From contig JALDTO010000207.1 of the NCBI GenBank assembly GCA_023515725.1, forward strand, positions 83,572 through 147,571: DNA of 64,000 bases, given 5' to 3'. Both the position numbers and the translations under genes were made by a program. Below are positions 12,191 through 26,260 of the stretch, in pieces. The notes beneath the pieces are model-generated. The model was not told where the DNA came from. It made no database searches and saw nothing but the letters and a program-made list of their open reading frames with translations. This DNA comes from Amoeboaphelidium protococcarum X5 (taxonomy: Eukaryota; Fungi; Aphelidiomycota). Positions within the stretch are counted from its first letter, which is position 1. Every line of letters starts with the position of its first letter.

Positions 12191-15100
12191 TCATTGTTGT
12201 TTGTTGGAGGTGATGGATTTGAAGAGGCTCCTAATCTTCTGGCGCTGCAGCAATGTGGATAAGCGAGTGTTTTCTCCAGTAGGTTCACTACTAGAATTGT
12301 GGACCTCATTTACATTAACACCAACATTGCCGATCCAACCAATCTATCCCAGCATACCATCAGACTTCTTCTTTGCATTGAGTACTAATTACTGAGGTAT
12401 TCCAGCCATCAGTGCAACGTCCAGCCCATGACTAGATGCACTTGCACCATCAATCAATTTGTACAGAAACACGATATCTCTTCTCTTCAAATCACCGCCA
12501 CTTTCATCATTGCCACCATGAGTCTAGTCAGGCACTAGAGTCTACATGTGCATGCAGCGTACATTCTTGTGACCAACATAATCTTTAGTCAGCAGAGCAT
12601 AGTGAGTGCTGAATAAGCCAAGACAACGTGAAGATTCCACCAAGTAAGCAAGCACCGCAAAAGCAATAGAGTAACCATCCATAGTTCCGGTGCCTCTACC
12701 AAGCTCATCCAGAATGACAAGCGAATTTGAGGTTGCATGTTTCAGTATCCTACTTGTCTCTGCCAACTCGACCATAAATGTAGACTGTCCAGCTATGATG
12801 TTATCATTGGCGCCGATACGAGTGAACACACGGTCAAATAGAGTCATTTCACACTTGGTGGCGGGGACATAACAACCAAGCTGGGCCATAATAACAAGAA
12901 GACAAGTTTGACGAAGCATTGTACTCTTACCGCCCATGTTCGCACCCGTTAGAAGAATCATATTCTGTTTATCTCCACCCAGCTACAAGTTATTAGTGAT
13001 AAACGGCTTGTCACTAGTTGCAGCTACACATGGATGGCTCATATCTTGAACACGGATAAAAGCATCGCACTCAGTGTGGAACTCGGGACGACAGCAATTT
13101 CCCAAAATACCACCATCTATTTTGCTGACAAGAGCAAGCGAAAGATGTGCATCGAGAACTGCAACAGCTCTCACTACCGATTTGTACAAATCGTATTGTT
13201 CATCAAACAGGGCAAGAGTATCTTTATACAATTCCGCCAGTAGGAGACTCTTTCGCTCCACTAATTCATTGTAATGGTCTACCAACTTGATCAATTCCGG
13301 AGTATAAAAGCGGGAACATTGCTTGGTACCACTACGCTTGGACCACATCTCAGGAACTTTCCGCACTAGAGAACTAGGAACTTCAATTTAAAACAGTTCC
13401 TTACCGATATCTTTGAATCGCAACTCGGAAGATCCAAGCAGCTTTTGCTACTATTTCAAATACTAATTCAAAAGAGTCAACTGATCATCCACTCTTTACA
13501 CTATAGAATCAAACTGCTCATTGATGCCACCAATTAAAGAAAACTCATCCTTTTAACGCGCAGCATTGATATCAAAGCTTAAAGCCACCTATTCTAAAGA
13601 GGTTTTCAAACTACTGAGTGGCACCTGTTATACCAGAGTCTTTAAGCCAGATTACCAGCTATCAGCAGCTTCTAACAAATGACTGTTAAATAAATTATGG
13701 ATAGCACAGAATCCATCAATAACTTTCACAAAGTCCTTCAACTTTATGCTCTTTGAGTGAATTCTGGTAATCAAACGTTCGAGATCCGGGAGTTTACCCA
13801 GAACCTTCTATACAGTACCGACACAATCTAATTAAGAAAGATCGTCAATTGCATCAAGTCTGTCGTTGATCTTTCCAATATCAAACAACGGATGACACAG
13901 CCATTATTAAAACAACCGCTTACCAAAAGGAGTCGAACATTTATTCAGTAGAGAGAACAAAGAGCCGGCAGCTTACCCGTCAGTAGTAGAGAAAATCTCC
14001 AAATTCAACAAAGACTAACCATCAATGATCAGAGATTACTAGAATTGGAGAGGATCATACTAAATCACTGAGCACTGAGTTAACACTTACTAATCCAAGT
14101 TCAATGATTGCAGATAGTAAATGATCGCACCAAGGGATGATAGAACAAGTTCATTCTGAGAACAATTAACCAAAGATTAAGAGTATTCATGCCTTGCTAT
14201 TTCATCCAAGGCTTTAGGCGCATCGTAAAACTATTCGTACATGATCAATGGAGTCATTTGAACATTGTTAGGAAGAGAGGACTTGATGAGCTTCACGACT
14301 TTTGGACTAAGATTATTCTTACCGAATAGGATTTCCTTTGGTTTACACTAGGCCAACAGAGTCTCCAGTACACTCAAGTCATCCAAGTGACAGAAATGTA
14401 AGTCATTCGTACTAGCGTCCAACAGTACCAAACCATACTATCCATTCTATTCTTTAATGGCCAGGCAAAAGTTGCTAAGATCATCTTTAATCATTGAGGA
14501 GTCAACAAGTGTGCCCTGAGTAAGAACACACGTCAACTCTCTTCTAACAATGTCCTCCTTTTCTTGTACACCATCACGGTCTTTAATCTACTTCCCCAGA
14601 GACGTTTCCATCTAATCGACACGGCTCACTTTATATCCACTCTCAATAAACTTGCTGGCCCAATAATCGAAAGAATTCTGGGGCACACCAACCATTCTCA
14701 TCACACCACGTTGCGTCAACTTGAGATTAAATAATTGCGCGCCAATATCAGCATCATTTTCAAATAATTCATAGAATTTGCCCTTCTGAAAGAACAGAAT
14801 GGTATCAAAGTGCTCACTCTTTATCTTCCAGTACTAACGCTCAAATGGAGTACAATTTCTGTAAAACTTTTCCGGCACATGGATAGTAGACGCATCATAC
14901 AGTTCATCAACTGGGCGTCTCCCTTACGAATCCTTCTTATCATCCAACCACTTGTACTTCTCATCTTCCTACCGGATCTTTTTGGCGGCGGACGCGGAGA
15001 CTGCAGGGGATGAGGCAATGCAAGGAGTTGATTGAGGCTCATCATATTTACGTTTCAATGCAGGCTGTCTAGGAGTACTGAATGAAGATTACTTGCCAAT

Positions 15101-15307
15101 TGAAGATAAATTATCCATACGATATGTATTTTCTTCCTCTGAATTGAGCATGACCGTTCTAGGAGTTGCAACAGACTTGACACTGGATGACATCATTGTT
15201 ACATTAGGTGTCTTGAATGAGGATCCAGCATTGTTACTCTGAGCAGAAGTCTTGGTCTTTGGAGTAAAGAAGGAATTCAACGTAGCCTACCTGGAATTCT
15301 TACTCAT
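12191..15307 (-). CDS. MSH6: DNA mismatch repair protein MSH6 (1038 aa, intronless)
   Basis: N-terminal PIP box Q(TAG)[22 protein letters not shown], Walker [32 protein letters not shown]. Confidence 0.95.
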
Positions 15308-15347
15308 ACTTTTCTTGTACAGTACTGGTTGCAATATAGTCGAAACT

Positions 15348-15374
15348 AGAGAGAGAGAGAGAGAGAGAGAGAGA
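15348..15374. repeat. (AG)n microsatellite upstream of MSH6
   Basis: About 13 AG units. Confidence 0.9.
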
Positions 15375-15723
15375 CACTGGATGAAAAGATAAAGAACTTT
15401 GTTTCGCGCGTCAGTCAAGAGAGGAAAGTGAAAGAAAGAGGAAGAGAATGGCGCGCGTGAAACACCTCGACTGGAGATCAAAACAAAATTTGGTTTCAAG
15501 ATCTGTTTCAGACTGGTAACATTGAAACCACAGTCCGTCAACACAATGCTCGTAGGCGACGCGTTACGAATACGGCAGGTCGGAACCGTTTCAAGCAATG
15601 TTCATGGCGCGACTATAAATTCCCTTTTAGACAATGCCCATTGTTCTCCTCAAACTTATCTATCAACTTGCACAGTTATCCATCAGTCTCTTTTACTCGA
15701 TACAATACCAATTATATATAGTC

Positions 15724-16655
15724 ATGTCTGTTATCCGCTTCATTCTCGCTGCTTCTGCACTAAGTTCTCTGGCTGTATCAAGGGCGGTGGTGCCTACTCA
15801 GTTCTGCAATCTAATTCCATCTGGTAGCTACTGCAATCCAAGCAACTAGAGGGTGGTCATCAACTGTCCTGCATCTATCCAAACTTGGTGCCCTCAAGAC
15901 AGTGTCTGTGTGGAACGTCCATTGCGAAACGGAAGTGTTGCTACTTGGTAAGCTTGTCTTTATTTAGACATATAGTTAATGAAAATTGTTTACGAGATTG
16001 ATTTGAAATGTAGCTAAAAGAATTACAAGTCGCTCGCCATTGACTCCTGCGTTGGTGTAACAGTAAAGTCATCCAAGTGCCTTGATGAAACTACCATTGT
16101 CGAATGCCCAAGAGCTAACGTGTTCAAGTGTTCTGCCGGTCTCAAATGTGTTAAGCGAGGATTTCGCGCCTACTGCCAAACACCAGGTAAGCTCTCTGTG
16201 TATTCGTCAAATTCTGTATCAATTGAGACAAATTGTTCAATGTCTGTGTAGATCTTCCAGCTGGAGCTCAAGTTGATGTTTGCGCTGGATATGACAGTAA
16301 GGATAAGCCAGAGAAGCAGGTGTGTGATGTGATTAATCTAAGGAAAATTGTCACTTGCCCAACTGGAAAATCATCTCTATGCCGAACTGGATTCGTCTGC
16401 AGTCTGGTGAATGGAACTGCTGGATGCGTACCATGGGCTCAATCAATGAACTAGTTCTGCTCAAACAAGCCTCTATTCAGCTCTTTCTGTGTCCCAAGAG
16501 ATAACGAGATTCCTCAAGAGTTTGTCGAGTGTGGATAAATCCCAAGAGTAGTTTCCTGTCCTGAGCGCTCTCGTAATTGTGTACAGAAGAATGGCATCAC
16601 TTCTGAGTGCTTTTGATTATCCAGTCCAATCCGTGATGGTGCATATAAGTAATGA
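15724..16655 (+). CDS. Secreted cysteine-rich repeat protein (3 exons; introns 15948-16013 and 16187-16251)
   Basis: Signal peptide MSVIRFILAASALSSLAVSRA. About four ~50-aa Cys modules (FCNLIPSGSYC...INCP...C...C). GTAAGC..TAG introns restore the frame. Confidence 0.75.
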
Positions 16656-16712
16656 AATGATGCATAGTGATGCTTTTATTGTTATTGAATGAATATTTAT
16701 CATGTTTTAAAT

Positions 16713-17816
16713 TCAACTACTTTCAATTGTCCATCCAAGATTCTACTTTGCCATAAATGGAACAACTTTGATGCTTTCATCTTCCGTCTTTACGAATGAA
16801 GAGACTTAGCAGTCTCCTTTGATTAAAATTAATTTTGATGGTTCCGGCATAGATTGTAAACCAAACTGTAATTAATAATTCTTCTCCACCTGCTCTCTGT
16901 AAATACTCAGTCCTCTGCTGTGGGTAAACTGAGTCATAACGCGTTAGAGATCAGAGGATGGCACGTTCATAACATCGCTGAAAGTATAAGCCAGGTATTG
17001 AGCCAAGTATTTGCTGGTGAATATTCCCGCACATCCACCTTCCAACTTCTTATCCACGGGGTGTGGTGCAGAATCGCTACCTAAAAAGAATGCAGGATCA
17101 TTCAGTGCAGCATCGCGAAGTGCCATCACATCAAGCGGATACTTGGCCACCGGTTTACAGTACTTGTGCACATAAACAATATCATCAACGGTGAGGAGTA
17201 GATGATGCGCAGTGATAGTTGCTCCTACATTCAAGTTACCACCAGATCGAACTTCCTTGACAGCATCCACAGCTGCTTTGGTGGTGACATGTTCCAGAAC
17301 AATCTTGAGCCGCGGATACTTATTGGCCAGAGATTTGAACGTGGGCAAGAACTTCTCCTCGGCATTCATGATACAAGTATTAGAGGCAAAACAGGACCCC
17401 ACCTCACCATGCAGCATTAATATAAGACCGTGATCTTGCATCGCTGAGAAGACTTCATCGAACGTATCCAAGATCTGATCAGATACTACACCAGCAGATG
17501 AGTTGGTAGTCACGCCCTGTGGATACATTTTCACTCCCACCACACCATGGTGTGATGCCTTCTCAATCTCTGCGCGCGTCAGTTCATCATTCAGATATAA
17601 AGTCATTAAGAAGAGGGTCTTATCGTCCAATCGCTTCAGCTTATCGCGATACTCAACAGCCATCTCAGTGGTGGTAATCGGGGGTACCAGATTTGGCATT
17701 ACAGTGCACGTCTACACTCCACCTTCTCTAACGCAAGGCACCACCATCTCCATCATCTCCCCGTCTCTCAAATGGATATGAAAATCATTCATCATTGAAA
17801 TCTCCAATCGCTCCAT
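16713..17816 (-). CDS. URA4: Dihydroorotase, stand-alone fungal/E. coli type (367 aa)
   Basis: DFHIHLRDG, VMPNLVPP, KMYPQGVTTNS, LHGE, LEHVTT, CKPVAK, FLGSDSAPH. Confidence 0.95.
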
Positions 17817-17829
17817 TTTATTATAGTCT

Positions 17830-17866
<37 letters not shown>
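17830..17866. repeat. (TAC)n trinucleotide microsatellite
   Basis: About 12 TAC units directly upstream of URA4. Confidence 0.9.
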
Positions 17867-17867
<1 letters not shown>

Positions 17868-18030
17868 GGACATTTCACTTTAACTTGATAAAAAGAACGG
17901 GACAATACTCTCTTAGATGGAAGTTTCTCTTTCAAAAATCAAAAATTTAAATTCTTCTCCACTGTGAAATTAAAGAATTCACTGCATAAAGCAATAGAAC
18001 TGAATTTATAATATTAGTATAAGTATTAAA

Positions 18031-19683
18031 ATGAAGAGAAAAGGAGATGATGAACAGTCACCTAGATAGGATAAGTAGTTTAAATCACTCAAGAAGGATG
18101 AGGATTTTACTCAGTTGGTACGGCGCATCAAGTAGAGATCGTAGAAGAGAGTTGATAACAAGCGTCTTACCCAGTCCAATAAGTCTGATGGTCAGAAGTT
18201 GTCTTTTATGTATTATGGACCAAATATAAAGTCTAGTTTGATGGCTGTAAATTAGGTTGATCCCCATGACTTGCCGCCTTTTATGAAGATTAAAGCTCAG
18301 TTGGCTCATTAGAAGACAATGGCATTGCCTTCGAACGTGTAATAATAACCTTCTGCATCTGTTAGTGCTGATTAGAATAGAGTTCCTGATTAGTAGCTAT
18401 CAGGTACTGCATAGACTTTGTTAAAAATAATTAAAAAGACTTCCCCTCAGAGATTTTAATAAGAGAAGAATACTCCTAAAAGTGCATAAGATTTGAGATC
18501 TGATAGTCGTGGTTCAATAGCTGCAAACTCTAGCTTTGTTGTATCTTCATCTCCACTCTAATAGAAGCCTCCACTTTAGAAATCTTATCTTAAATCTAAG
18601 CCTTCTGCTATAGAAGAATAGTAATTACAGTAGGAGAGTCGCGGGTGTAATAAGCCTTATTAGCCACCGGTAGACGCTATTCAAGTTGAGGACTTGGAGC
18701 CTGAAGTTATTGATTTGACTTCAAGTCCAGAGGCGGAAAAGAAGTATTAGCCACCACCGCCCGCGACTGATGGTGGAATTAAGATATTGGGCTCCCTCGG
18801 TCATTTGGTGAGGAAGGATGTGTGGAATTGTGATGTATGTTGTGCAGAGAACAAGTTGTCTGATGCAATGTGTCTGTGCTGCGAGACACCAAAGCCTGGT
18901 AGTTAGTAATAGCAATAGTAGTAGTAGCCTTCAGTACTAGCTGCCGTCAAACCGCCAGTATCAGAACCTGCTGTGAAAATTATTGGATCTCTTAGCCATC
19001 TGGTGTAGAAAGATGTTTGGAATTGCGACGTTTGTTGTGCTGAAAATAAAAACTCCACTCTAATATGTCTATGTTGTGAGGCTCCTAAGCCTGGATCGGA
19101 GTAAAAGTCGTCTGATTTATAGCAGGCGGGAAGTTAATAGTTGTCTGACATTGCACCACCGCAAGCATAAATCACGTCTGGTGGATTCAGATTTGGAGAT
19201 GGTGGTGCTGTAACCTCCTAGCAGAGTATTGCTTCACCGGCATTTACATTTGGATCAAAGCCTCAATCTGACTAAAATGTTAACAATCAGACGTTAACAT
19301 CCGCTCCAGTTACCTTTCAGTTTAAAGGGTTTGGAACTCCCTCTACTACAACTACTACTACTATCACTGCTTAAGATACATAGACCAAGCCGGTTGATTC
19401 TAAAGATGATTAGAAAACCGCTAAGGAGGCACCAGATTAGTTACACACTTCCTCGAATAACAAATTGCTCTAAGTGTCAGCGAACAGCGATGCAAATGCG
19501 GATGAGATGAATGACGAACAGGATGAGTAGACTACTGATAATGCTTAGAAGTCTTATGAGTAGAAAACCTTGATTGATTCTCTTCCTCAGTTTGAATTCA
19601 AAGTTGACGCGTTATAGGTTGACTTTGAACCAATGCCTTCGTCTGTGCTGAATGAGGCGTCGCTATTTTCGTTCGCTGTCTGA
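18031..19683 (+). CDS. FG nucleoporin-like protein with two RanBP2-type zinc fingers (Nup153/Nup1-like, 550 aa)
   Basis: Two WNCDVCCAENK-x5-CLCCE-x-PKP fingers; GFRFG, FTFG and FQFKGFG repeats; low-complexity Q/S/T sequence. Confidence 0.7.
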
Positions 19684-19750
19684 TCAAGTCGCTGCTGCGG
19701 TTGTTGTTGTTGCAACTAATATTAAACATTGAACATTAATAAAGTAAAAT

Positions 19751-20377
19751 ATGACTATCCCATCCGATTGCGCTTTCTCTTAAACTTAAATAGATTCTAT
19801 TAGGCAGCAGGCTTAAGGAATTTAGTAGTAATTATAAAGTTTGAAGGTCGAGGAAAACAGTGAAGAGATTGATTAAAGCGTACAGTTTTGGTGTGCATTG
19901 TCGCGGTTAATTAATGCTCCTCAAGATTATTTTAATACTGCAATATACGCTCTAGTACCACCGCTGGATGAATTCATTAAACACGAGGCGGATGGAAAGT
20001 ATTGCTCGCGGATTGGCATGCCTATACTGAACAAGAAGGCGTTCATTCGCATCCAATTGTAGCAGAAAATGTAGTGTATTGATTATTCTGAAATTTAACG
20101 CGTACTAAAGCGGGCTAATTAAATAAAACTTTAGTTTTAAATAGGCGGTGGTCGCTCAAGGGAATACACTTATGAACTTGATAAAACTGCCGTCGCTGAC
20201 TTGGAAGTATCTTTAGAGGAACTACCACTCAAACTACAGGTGTAACTAAAGTTTAAATTCATTAAATCGCCTCAAATACATTTAGATGCAGACGGTATAC
20301 TTTATCTATTTGATAACTGTATCATGTGTTATGGTTAATCTTATGCAATTTGTAGAATGGTTTACAGCTGTGATTGA
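19751..20377 (+). CDS. Hypothetical protein (208 aa)
   Basis: Open ATG-TGA frame under table 6 filling the intergenic gap. No motif recognised. Confidence 0.5.
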
Positions 20378-20435
20378 AACGCGAAGATTTGACGTTTTAG
20401 ACTTTGCTGTACCTGTACTATAACGGCAGTCTCCC

Positions 20436-20980
20436 ATGGATAAAAATGTTCAATATATCGCGTCTTATGTTGATTAAGACGACAGTAGAGATAAATAAAA
20501 TGACTTGATATAGATAGAGAGGCAAATCCATTTTGCCGTTGTAAATGTAAACAATGTCCAAGATTTGAACTCTCTATTGTCCGTTTTTCTCTCTGGACCA
20601 TCTATGTAAGTTATACTACCGTATGAGGTGAATCTTCGATCGTAACAATGAGTGTATGTAGACATTATCTGGAAAGAATAATTGAAAGCCCTCAAAATGC
20701 AAATTTCGTTATTCCACCTTATGGTCACCGAATGAATATCCATTCGAAGATCCATGAAACGCGTTAAAGTGGACTATTTAGAGTTTCAGTGTCAGTGTCT
20801 TCTGTGGGGACACAAACTACTGTTGATCTGGTACATGATGCTTTATGTCAACGGCTGAGATACTTGCAACAGAATAACATCGAAATTGCTAAAGGAGTTA
20901 TGATAGATGATATAGTTAACGATGATGATGATGGACTCATGAGAGATGATCGAGTCGATATTGTGGATCTGATTGATTGA
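20436..20980 (+). CDS. Hypothetical protein (162 aa; intron 20606-20661)
   Basis: A GTAAGT...GTAG intron joins two open frames. Acidic C-terminus. Confidence 0.5.
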
Positions 20981-21338
20981 TTGATGAACGATATTGCCGA
21001 TGTTTACGCGACGGAGGTTTTCGAGATTTCAGCTACGCTTGTCTGTTCCTCATTTCGGGAGGCGTTTACATAGTGTATTGTCATCTTATTCCATAATCTC
21101 AAGTTCGAAATGATATTATCGCTGTTGTTGAAACATCAAACCGCTCAAAGATGATGACGTAATGGCTTCCGCATGAAGATCTCGCCATCGCAGCAGCTTG
21201 AGCCCCTCTTCCTAACAACCACCTGTGTCTCTTTTTGCAATAAAGTTAAAGTTTACTCTTCTCTTGAACTTCTATTATTTTTTAGTCGTAAACTATTGCC
21301 AAGATATAATAAGCAGTTGTGATTTTTTAAATCTTGAA

Positions 21339-23303
21339 ATGTCTGAATTTAATCAAAATAGCATTGTGATTGACGTTAATGCGGACATTGTTTCGACTCC
21401 TGACAATCAGTCCATGGCTATGGATACGGTAGGCCAGTCTAAATCTCGATCGACTGGTGCCACTGATCCCTCTGCAGTAGATCAGCATGAACCTATCACT
21501 CTGTCTTGGTCAAATGTTTCGTACTCGGTTGATGTTGGTGGGCAGAAGAAGCGTACACTGTTGCAGGATGTCAGCGGTATTGTAAAGCCCGGCGAAGTGG
21601 TAGCCATTATGGGTGCATCCGGAGCTGGAAAGTCGACACTTCTTAATGTTTTGGCTGGTAGGATTGGTGCCGGGGATCTGAATGGTGAAATATTGGTAAA
21701 CGGGCGTCCAAGAGATCCTCGTAATTGGAGAAATGTTATGGCCTTTGTTGAGTAGGATGATCTGCTATTTGATAATCTCACCGTGAAAGAGACCATTTTA
21801 TACTCTGCCAGATTACGTCTCCCTGGTAATGCAGCAGGTAATAAGAAGAAGGATTTTGAGGATAAGAAGCGCCTCGTTGATGACATTATACAGGAGTTAT
21901 CACTAACCAAGTGTCAGGATACAAAGATTGGTGGTACGGAGAAGAGAGGAATATCGGGAGGTGAGAGGAAGAGAGTTAGTATTGCCGTGGAGTTGATCAC
22001 CCAGCCAAAGCTTCTATTTCTGGATGAACCTACATCAGGCCTGGATGCTTTCACTGCCTCTAATATAGTAAGTACAGTGAAGAAATTGGCAGTTGATAGT
22101 AATCGCGCTGTGATTATGACTATCCACTAGCCACGTGAGTACATTTTGACTCTGTTCGATAAGCTGATTCTGCTGAGTGAAGGCAAAACTGTGTTCTTTG
22201 GACCGGTGTAAGGAGCTATTCAGCAATTTCAGAATTGTGGGTTCTCTATTCCGCCCAATACTAATCCGGCAGACTTCTTCTTGGATTTGATGACTATTGA
22301 TATGCGGTCCGAGAAACTAAAGCAGGAGTCTATCGAGCGTAATCGTGTGCTGCAGGAAGCCTGGTAAGCTGAGCCGCCGCAAGTTGTTAAATAATCTAGT
22401 GGTACGGACATAAATGGTACTAAAGATAAAATGCTGGGTAATTCTTGGGCTAATCCATTTGTTCATGAGTATTTTATTCTGCTGGAACGTAACGTTAAGG
22501 ATGTCATGAGGGACAAGATCACATTATTTGCCACCATCGCTCAAGGTGTTATCAATGCAATCATTATCGGATTCATATTCTTTCGGATGGACACTTCTTT
22601 TGCTGGTATTCAGAACAGAATTGGATCTCTGTTCTTGATCATTATTAATTAGACATTTGGTAATGTTATGCCCGTGATTGCAGTGTTCACTCTACAAAAA
22701 GCTATCGTGAAGAAGGAGCGCGCCGCTGGTACATTCAGGGCAATCAGTGCCTATTTGGCAAAGATCTCTTCCTAAATACCGCTAGCTCTGTTCGGTACTC
22801 TGGTATTCTGTGTACCTATTTATTGGATGCTTGGTCTATAGGCTACTGCAGTTCGCTTCTTTACATTTGTGGCCATTCTGTGTTTACATACTGTTGTGGC
22901 GACACTTCTCGGTATTGCCATCTCTTCTGGTGCGCCATCAGTCAGAGTTGGTCAGATTATTGCGCCACTCTCGATCATTGTGTTTATGATATTCGCCGGT
23001 CAACTAGTTAATGTTGACTCTGTGACAGTTGTCCTTCGCTGGATAAAGTACACTAGTTTTGTCAGGTACTCCTACTCTGCCATAGCTGTGAATGAATTCA
23101 GCGGTCTCAACTTTGAATGCCCAACGCCTCTGCCTGGATGTGTTTAGACAGGTTAGAGTATTCTTGATCAGTTCTCTCTGGTGGCATTCCCGAGTTCATT
23201 ATGGTATTGTCTGCTGGTAAATGCTGGCATTGCATTGATCTTCATGGTTGGCGGTTATCTATTGTTTGAGCTAAAGTCTCGCCCATTAATGCGCTTGAAG
23301 TGA
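21339..23303 (+). CDS. ABCG (White-family) half transporter (654 aa)
   Basis: GASGAGKST, ISGGERKRVSIA, LDEPTSGLD, TIHQP (Q=TAG), NPADF, C-terminal TM domain. Confidence 0.95.
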
Positions 23304-23481
23304 TTAGTATAAACTGGTACTTTTTCACTATGCGATAACATTTTGGTGTGACAGGACGAATTAATAAAACTCTATCATCAGACTATTAGTATAACTATTA
23401 AATTCAGGGCCTAATGCAATATTTAGCAAATTTAAAAGTTTATTATAGCCTCATCAACAGCTGAATCAATCAATCAATTAA

Positions 23482-24808
23482 TCATCTTGGTGGCACCATC
23501 GGTCTGTTCAACGCTTCATTGCTCTTCTTCACCGGTGGTAGAGGAGCGGGCCTTCGACCAGCCGGTGGACTAACTTTCATTTTACTTGTGCCACTTGTGA
23601 GGCTAAATTAATTCGCAATTGAGGATCCTGTCGATGCGCCACTATGATAAATTTTGACCGACTATACAAATGGTCTCGGTTGAGGCAGATCCCCCACCTC
23701 ATGAAACTTCCATCTACCCTCGCTTTCAAACGATCCACCATGTGCATTTTACTATTACCGCGCCTGCGATGATGAACTAGTTGAAGATACCACCGAAATT
23801 TATGGAATAGCTGGTGCTTATTAAATTCTGCTAGGAGTAGGCGGAGCAGGTGCTTTCCTTTCCATTGGAGGAGTCTTGATAGGCGTACGATTAGGAACAG
23901 GTGGAGGCACTTTCGGAGGTGCAACCGAGGCAAATGGCAAAGATGGAGGGCCGGACAGAGCAGGTGCAGCCGGCTGAGCAGGCCTCGAAGGTGGCACAGG
24001 TGGCGGGGCTCGCTTACCAGGTACACTGCTCCTACGAGACATATCCTCCTGGGATCTATTGACAGATTCTGCTGAAGGCGATTTAAGCATCGTCAGCGGT
24101 GGACCTGCGGGTTCATTCAACTTTTCTACAGTAATCGCATAATCATTAACACAATACAATTCAACAATTAATATATATCTAAGTATAGAAACATACCTTT
24201 AGATACTGCCGGCTTAGGCAAAGTAGGAGGAGGTACAGCAGGTGGTTTCCTACCGCTTACAGGGGGAGGACCTGTAGAAACAGCTGAGGTGGTAGCAGGA
24301 GCAGGCTTAACCACTCCAGGTACAGGACCAGGTCGAGCAGGGAGTGCAAACGCTGGCCTACTTGGAGAACTAGCGCTAGCTCCACTATTACCATTTGATA
24401 AAATACTACTTGTATTTGAATCCAATTTCTCGTTTGATTTTTTAGTCGACTTCAACTTGGGCATGCCACCAGCAAACAATCCGCCCAATTACGGAGCACC
24501 GCCACTGGCAGGCTATGCAGAAGATCCTCCTCCACCTATACTTTGAGTCGCAGAACTATTCTTAGGAGCTACATTAAGTCATGATCACATGTACAAAACA
24601 TACTTGATATTAAAGTCAATAGTATCATTATCCAACCTTCAATAACAGGAGCAGACTTGTCAACAGTTTCCACATTTTTCAACCTGGCTCCTTTCTAAAT
24701 CTACTTTAACAACTAGTTTCTATCTTTACCAGCAGGTGGTGGAGCACTTGAAGCCTCAAATTTAGGTACTGGAGGGGCGGCAGGTGGTGGTGGAGGTCCT
24801 GGTGACAT
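23482..24808 (-). CDS. VRP1: Verprolin/WIP-family actin regulator (2 introns)
   Basis: Polyproline N-terminus, WH2 RNQLLKQIQKGARLKNVETVDKSAP, GGLFAGGMPKLK, and C-terminal RWKFHEVGDLPQPRPF WASP-binding motif. Confidence 0.85.
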
Positions 24809-25117
24809 TTTTCTATTATTAAATTAATAATTTAAGGCTTTAACGTTGAACAAAAAGAGAACAATCACTGAGAGAATGAAAGATCAGCGCTCAAAGTTTC
24901 TCAATCAGGGAAAGAAAGAAAATGCGCTCATGAATCTAAATCCGAATGATGACGAATTGTCAAAGTTAACTTACCAAGATGTTCATTATTTAATGTTGCC
25001 TATTCAAGATAGAAATTGATTGCCTATCATTATAATAAGGCGCAATGTTATATCTTCATCTTGCGAAATGAGAAGTTTGCATATTCAAAATCAATCTATT
25101 TATTCTATACTATTCAA

Positions 25118-26260
25118 TCAAATATCGTCAAGTTCAACGAGAGGCTTCTTAGGCTTTGAACGCTTCATAGTGCCACCTTTCTTCTCAGCAGGCTTTGCTT
25201 TGGTGCTTTGGGTCATGGTGGATGCGCGTTTGCTGCGATCATCAGCTCTAGTGTCTTTTCTCATCGAAGATTGAGTTCTAGAAGCTTTCTTGAACTCTGA
25301 GACTGACATTCTCTTCACAATACGGTCTGCATCGGAATCGGTAGTAGTGTCTGAACCAGTTACGGATTCATCATCCGAGTCAACATTACGCTTAGCCATC
25401 AAATCGCGCTTAGTCAAGCTGGAGCGTCTCTCATTCTTGGCCTAGGTGGCATTAGTTGGAGCCTTCTTGGCATCCTTCTCACCATTCTTTGTAGTAGTAG
25501 TAGTATCAGGCTTCTGAGTCATTTTACTCTTTGCAGCCATAGTAGCAGTAGTTGAAGCAGCAGCAGTCTTACCAGCCTTACTAAATGGTGCGTATCTCTT
25601 GTTGTCACTTGGCACAGTGGCACCATCACCGCCAGCATCTGGTCTCTTCTCACCGAACCAACCGGCGCGGTTACTACTTCTTGCCATAGCCTCCTCCTGA
25701 GCCTCGATATCTTGAGCATTAGATGGCACCTTCTTGATACGCATAAAGAAAAAGTAACCCATGCCGACGACAACCAGAATGATACCAACCATCACAGGCC
25801 AGAATGTTGCTGGTGGATACGCACCAAGTGGACCCAGATTGACATAACCATCAGGTGCACCATCGGAAGTAGGCGTGACAGTACCAGCAGTATCGAATCC
25901 CTTACACCAGGTGGCACTCTCACAAGTCTCACCATTGGCTTTCACAGTTACCTGCGGCATACCATTAGAATTACCAGGAGTGAACAAGGTGAATGTACCA
26001 TTGAAGATGGATGACGCGCCATACGTACAAGTAAAATCAAATGCACTTGTTCCAGATTTACAAGATCTTGGAGACCCCTTGACCAGGTAAGATGCTGGAA
26101 ATACAACTGATATATTTGAGTTTGTCTTTAGAGTAGAGACAATAGCTAGATTCAAGTCGAAATTGCTAACCGACAGAAATTTAGGCGTTGGAGTGTAACA
26201 ACACGCGCCATACACCGAGGAGATCAATGCAGCAGCAGACACCACAAAGTGTTTCAACAT
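25118..26260 (-). CDS. Type I single-pass membrane protein (380 aa)
   Basis: Signal peptide, Cys-containing ectodomain, TM WPVMVGIILVVVGMGYFFFM and K/S/T-rich tail. ORFs 25442-26260 and 25118-25417 join through TAG. Confidence 0.75.
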
